Of a stretch of 64,000 bases of DNA, positions 59,701 through 64,000 are shown one piece after another. Each line of letters opens with the position of its first letter. The stretch's first letter is position 1. Origin of the DNA: Tubiluchus corallicola (lineage: Eukaryota > Animalia > Priapulida); contig JAQGDQ010000012.1 of assembly GCA_030141605.1 (NCBI GenBank), positions 496,001 through 560,000 of the forward strand, given 5' to 3'. The notes under the pieces are model-generated. The model was not told the DNA's origin. It did not search any database and saw nothing but the letters and a program-made list of their open reading frames with translations. The position numbers were made by a program, and so were the translations under genes.

Positions 59701-62700
59701 ATTGACTCAATATTTTTGCTTCACATGCTTCAATAAGACACTTTCCTGTGACTAATAAGCTTTTATGACTTTTATGTCATCTTAGTTCGCTTTTGTCCTA
59801 TACTATACATAGAAACAATCATGTTAAGTACCATTTTGTTTAGAAACAGGAACGTTTATTATGCCCTAATATGCTAGCCTAATGTTTGCTCTAACCCGCC
59901 GGTCTAATGCAATTAACCTCAATACCCAAGAATTCCTGGAAGCTAAACATTTAATCACTTGTTAAGCAGTTTGCTTTTGAAGCTCTGCCTGTCTTTGCCA
60001 GAGTTTAATCAGTTAGGTCTTGCTGTTATGCCAAGGATGCAGGTACGGTACAGTAAGCACCTCACAATAGCAAGCTGGAGCTTAGGCGAAACTACAGACG
60101 AAGCTACTTGCGGGGAAACACGGGCACCACCAACAGTTTAAGCAAGCCAAGCACTAAGTATTTTACGAGAATCTGTGCATCATACAACAACAGATTTTCA
60201 ACGTCTTTCTCATTATGAGAATTTTGTGAGCCAAGTTTTTCACAATAAGATGAAGCAGCCGACTTTGAAGGAATTTTTGTAATTTTTGCAAATAAATAAA
60301 CTTGCGTGATTTAGGAAAGTGTACTCTTTAATTTATTGCTAATTCACTTATGTAAGTTAATATTTTAAAATACTTTTCTAATTTTTAACTGCACAAAGGA
60401 ATTTAGGCATTACTTCGTTCCTAAAATTCATTAAAAAGCTTTGCAGTGTATAGTATGCTGGTGACTCATACTTCTGTACCAGTAATACTACACCCGTCAG
60501 TTAACTGGGCAAAACACTTCGCTCCCAAGATGAGTCTATTGAGCGGCGCCTACTGTATATCAAACTGGCAAGTAAAAAAACTGTATTAAGTTGGAGCTAC
60601 AGAACTGATTCTTCAAAATACTTCAAGAATGAAATGTTGATTGTTATACAATATAATTAAAAACTTACTCTCTAAGCAGTGATCATCTATGCAGTTTTTA
60701 TCTACGTCTTGTTCACAGGTGGGACCTGTCTTTCCATCCTGACAGACACACATGTAACCCACAGCAGACATGACAGGCACACAGATCTTATAAGATGGGC
60801 AAGGTTGCCTAGAGCATTCGTTAATCTCAAGCTCGCATTTCTCTCCTGTTAAAAATGTTTATACAAATTTGTCACAACAAAGAAAATAATGCTTTGTAAA
60901 CAGAAAGAAGATTATACTTAGCATGAAAAGGTACATATTCTCAGTTTCTTTTTGAATTTTGAATTACTTTTTATTAAGTTCTGCATGTTTACAGTATGAT
61001 TTATTGTACGCAATCATAGTGGTATGTTATAAAAAAATGCATTCTTTTACTCCTTTTTTTAATGTTAATCAGTTATAAAGAATATTAACTGAAGTCCACG
61101 ATATCCAAAGCTGTATCATTAAATAAATGTATTAACTGAACAAAGCAGGTGGTTTAAGGTACAAAGCATATACATATGACTAGATTAGCAGTAATTACCT
61201 CCATAGCCTTCAAGGCAGTAACAGTCGTGATCACGCTTGTGGACTGGAGAAACAAAACTAGTACTTGGTGTCACAACACTCACAACTTCCAGTTCATCCA
61301 GCATTAGTTTTTCACGACACATCCCTTGATGGCAAGTGTCAGCATTGCAGATCTCTGGCACTAAACCGATGATGTCTATGCCCATGGATTCTTCCATGGT
61401 ACGTAATGCATCAGCATTCAATTTCCGCCGCAAGACAATTGGTTTGTAGAAGCTATTTTCCTTCCTTCGAACAGCAAAGAGTACATCCAGGTCAGATGTT
61501 TTACGTTTAAATCGACCACTGCTTAGTGCTGTCTGTTGAATGCTGACTATGTATACATCTCTAGAGCGCACCATTAGCTCGTTCCGAACAGCACGGATAA
61601 AATGTTGTTTGTGAGCCAAAAGAAACTGCTCTGGAGTGACATCGGCAATTTGAATGCTAACACTATGTTGCAACATGTCTTCCGAGATCAAGATGACGGT
61701 AATATACACCTCTCCATAAGAAACGTATTTACCATCTGATACGCTGACGTTGACTTTATATTCACCCACATCTAAACCTTTGTGAGCTTTTATATAGCCT
61801 GCATTGTCAATATCAAAAACATGCCCATAAGGTGGCAACACCTGATATGATAATGTATCATATACATCTGCATCAGTTGCCTTCACCTTTCCAACAATTC
61901 CACCCGGAAATTCATCAAGGTAAGAATTGACACTAGCACGTAAACCACTAACGACGGGTGGATACTGACTTTCTTCAATCACATTTACTTTTACCCAAGT
62001 GTCAGAAAAGAGTGGTGGTACACCGTTATCAAAAACTCGAACTTGCAATGTGTATTGGCTTCGTATTTTGTAATCAAACTTCATAGCTGTTCTTAATGTG
62101 CCCTCTGGCACCATACGAAATTCGTGAGCATCGTTACCAGAAATGATATCGAAAGTAAATGGATCAGCATTTGGGGTGACATCATCATCGGTGACAGTGA
62201 ATCGCATTAGGCTCAAACCTATTGGTCGGTCCTCCTAAAAAATGTAATGTAACTGCTTGCAAACAAAACAAGATTAACACAGACTCAGAATTTCATTTTA
62301 AAGCCTTTGCATGTACAATTACATTTGCCTTTACCATTTCATTCACACTGGTAAAAGAATAATCCAAAGATATACTAACATATGCATCCATGTCAGCAAG
62401 TACACTAATCCCCTTCCCTGTGCATCTTCTTTACAAGCATATAACATATGTTGACAAAAATGTACCTGTACAATTACACTGTAGTTTGTTTCGCTGAATT
62501 TTGGTGGATTGTCGTTAGCATCCAGTAGCTCAATGTTCACATGTACAAAACTAGACAAAGGCGGTTTGCCACTGTCTGTTGCATGAACTTGAAGTGTGTA
62601 GCTGTCTCTCTGTAAATTTAACAGTGGAGATCAAAAGTTTGCAAAATACATTACATAATGATTGCTATTTTATGCAATGACTTATGAAACAAAAAATTAT

Positions 62701-64000
62701 ACATATTTTTGGTCAAGGAACTCGAGCCAAATATCGCTACACTTGGATGTTGTTCTTGGGGGATGACCTTTTTGAAGAAAGGCCCCTTGAATTTGCAATG
62801 GATTATCACCAAACTTCACAAGAGCATACTAAAACAAACAGGGGACGAAGTCAGCTTTTCGATCCATCATTTTAACCAAATACGTGGCAATAAAATAATT
62901 TAAAACTAAGGACCAATGAATCGTCGTAAAACTTTGCAGTAATATACTAGAAGGAGTTTAGCATCGATTGACAGAGCTGGACTTTCCATCTGCAATTTCA
63001 ACTTAAGATACTAGTTATATCGTCATTTTCAAAAAAGCCTAAGCCTCTGCCAATTTATATCATGGATCATCATAAAACTTTACAGTAAAATGTACTGAAA
63101 GGAGTTTTGTCTCAATGACGGAGCTAGGTTTTCGATCTGCCATTCTTAATTCAAGAAGGCAGAAAACATTATTTGAAAAAAAATAAGGCTTTATCAATTC
63201 CTAATCAGTCACCATGAAACTTTATATGAATGTGCTCGAACGAATTCCCCGTTGAGTGATGGAGTCGGATTTTTGATCTGCCATTTTGTATTCTAGACGG
63301 CAATAAAAGCAATAAAGATCACAATAAAGGTAGATAGCCCACAATAAAATGTGATTCCAGAGAAAAGCCTAAGGTTCCACCAATTTGCAAAAGATCGTTA
63401 TGAAACCCCAAAGAAATAAACAAGAATGAATTTTACAACGAGTGACAGAATTGGCTATCTTAAATTCAAGAGTTCATGAATTTAGCGAGTCACTCGAAAT
63501 ACAGTTCAAGTCAAGCTTGTTACTTACAGTTTCACGGTCCAAATGTTTGGCTACTGTTATAACACCAGTGCTGCCATCAATATCAAACATCCCAATTGCA
63601 TCACCCGACATAATGGAGTATGCTATGAGACCATTAAGAGAACTGTCCTCGTCTGTTGCCAGTAACTAAAACACAATCCAAAAATGTGTTACCCATTTTA
63701 TAGACATATGGGTATATTTGCATCTCCTAATTACAATAATGAAGCCTTCAAGTAAAGAAATAACCGGTTATTAAACACAAAAATATCAATTACAGCAGTG
63801 CATACCTGTATTACAGAGGTGCCCAGATCAGCATTTTCCTTTATTTGTGCACTGTAGGATGGCTGACTAAAACTGGGTGCATTGTCATTGTAATCAGTAA
63901 TATTTATATTCACTGTGGCAATGTTGCTAAGTGATGGAGTACCGCCATCGTTTGCTTGGATAGTCAAAAAATAGTCCTTTGATACTTCATAATCGAGGGG
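47725..64000 (-). CDS. FAT1/FAT3-type (Fat-like/kugelei) protocadherin, 3' portion: last cadherin repeats, EGF, laminin G, EGFs, TM helix and cytoplasmic tail
   Basis: Core exons (GT-AG, phase-consistent): >64000-63806, 63665-63528, 62609-62466, 62234-61199, 60845-60669, 57614-57457, 57059-56707, 55819-55605, 54839-54605, 54314-54217, 53990-53716 (TM PIIAVAVIVILALVFVIY), 52671-52563, 52373-52263, 48871-48696 (GYYWDASDW), 48306-47725 (ends HTQV*). Cadherin motifs DYNDNAPSF, LDRE and DANDNPPKF. A single LamG domain (YRFDCGSGEG...VNDGQWHEI), as in FAT1-3 rather than FAT4. Confidence 0.95.
48998..51269 (-). other. Array of candidate alternative cassette exons/microexons in the Fat-like cytoplasmic tail (51269-51189, 50218-50177, 50020-49973, 49401-49393, 49021-48998)
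   Basis: Each has an AG acceptor with an upstream pyrimidine tract, a GT donor, a length divisible by 3 and phase-1 ends matching the flanking exons. No transcript evidence. Confidence 0.5.
53120..53633. mobile_element. About 500-bp interspersed repeat, copy 1 (probable non-autonomous element) in a Fat-like intron
   Basis: Colinear with 58864-59359 (shared tatccat.tctactactcaa...ggacaaagctatgatttgag.ttaacattaaaaatgc). Imperfect subterminal inverted repeats aggttatccatctctac and gtagatgtggacaaagct. Confidence 0.65.
58607..58687. repeat. (TAT)n/(TGT)n compound microsatellite
   Basis: tattattattat-tgttgttgtt-tattattat read directly. Confidence 0.9.
58864..59359. mobile_element. About 500-bp interspersed repeat, copy 2, same orientation as 53120-53633
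   Basis: Diverged but colinear similarity over the full length to 53120-53633. Confidence 0.65.
62790..63480. repeat. Degenerate tandem array of about 140-150-bp units (about 5 copies) in a Fat-like intron
   Basis: Recurring blocks (g)atcatcatgaaactt..., tgac(g)gagct.ggttttcgatctgccatt(t)t and aaaagcctaagg. Confidence 0.6.

Overview
AT-rich, intron-containing animal genomic DNA, probably a protostome invertebrate (the taxon cannot be fixed from sequence alone). I built exon chains by hand from splice signals, reading phase and protein motifs. Genes from left to right: a complete 9-exon FoxK gene (minus); two tandem 4-exon SLC10A (ASBT/NTCP-like) transporter paralogs (minus) with a TEDC2-like gene (plus) lying between them; an intronless COMMD2 CDS (plus); and the 3' part of a FAT1/FAT3-type (Fat-like) protocadherin (minus) that runs off the right edge. 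Mobile DNA includes a decayed Ty3/gypsy gag-protease remnant, CR1 and RTE LINE remnants, a Harbinger-like MITE and several tandem or interspersed repeats. The most striking signal is in the Fat-like cytoplasmic tail. The phase-1 intron just before the conserved GYYWDASDW exon holds five candidate cassette exons or microexons (81, 42, 48 with a stop, 9 and 24 nt). All are multiples of 3, and TGC and TGCATG motifs lie nearby. This is the position where vertebrate FAT1 carries its +12/+32/+8TR alternative inserts. Gene identities come from recalled motif similarity, not database searches, and all alternative exons are predictions that need RNA evidence.
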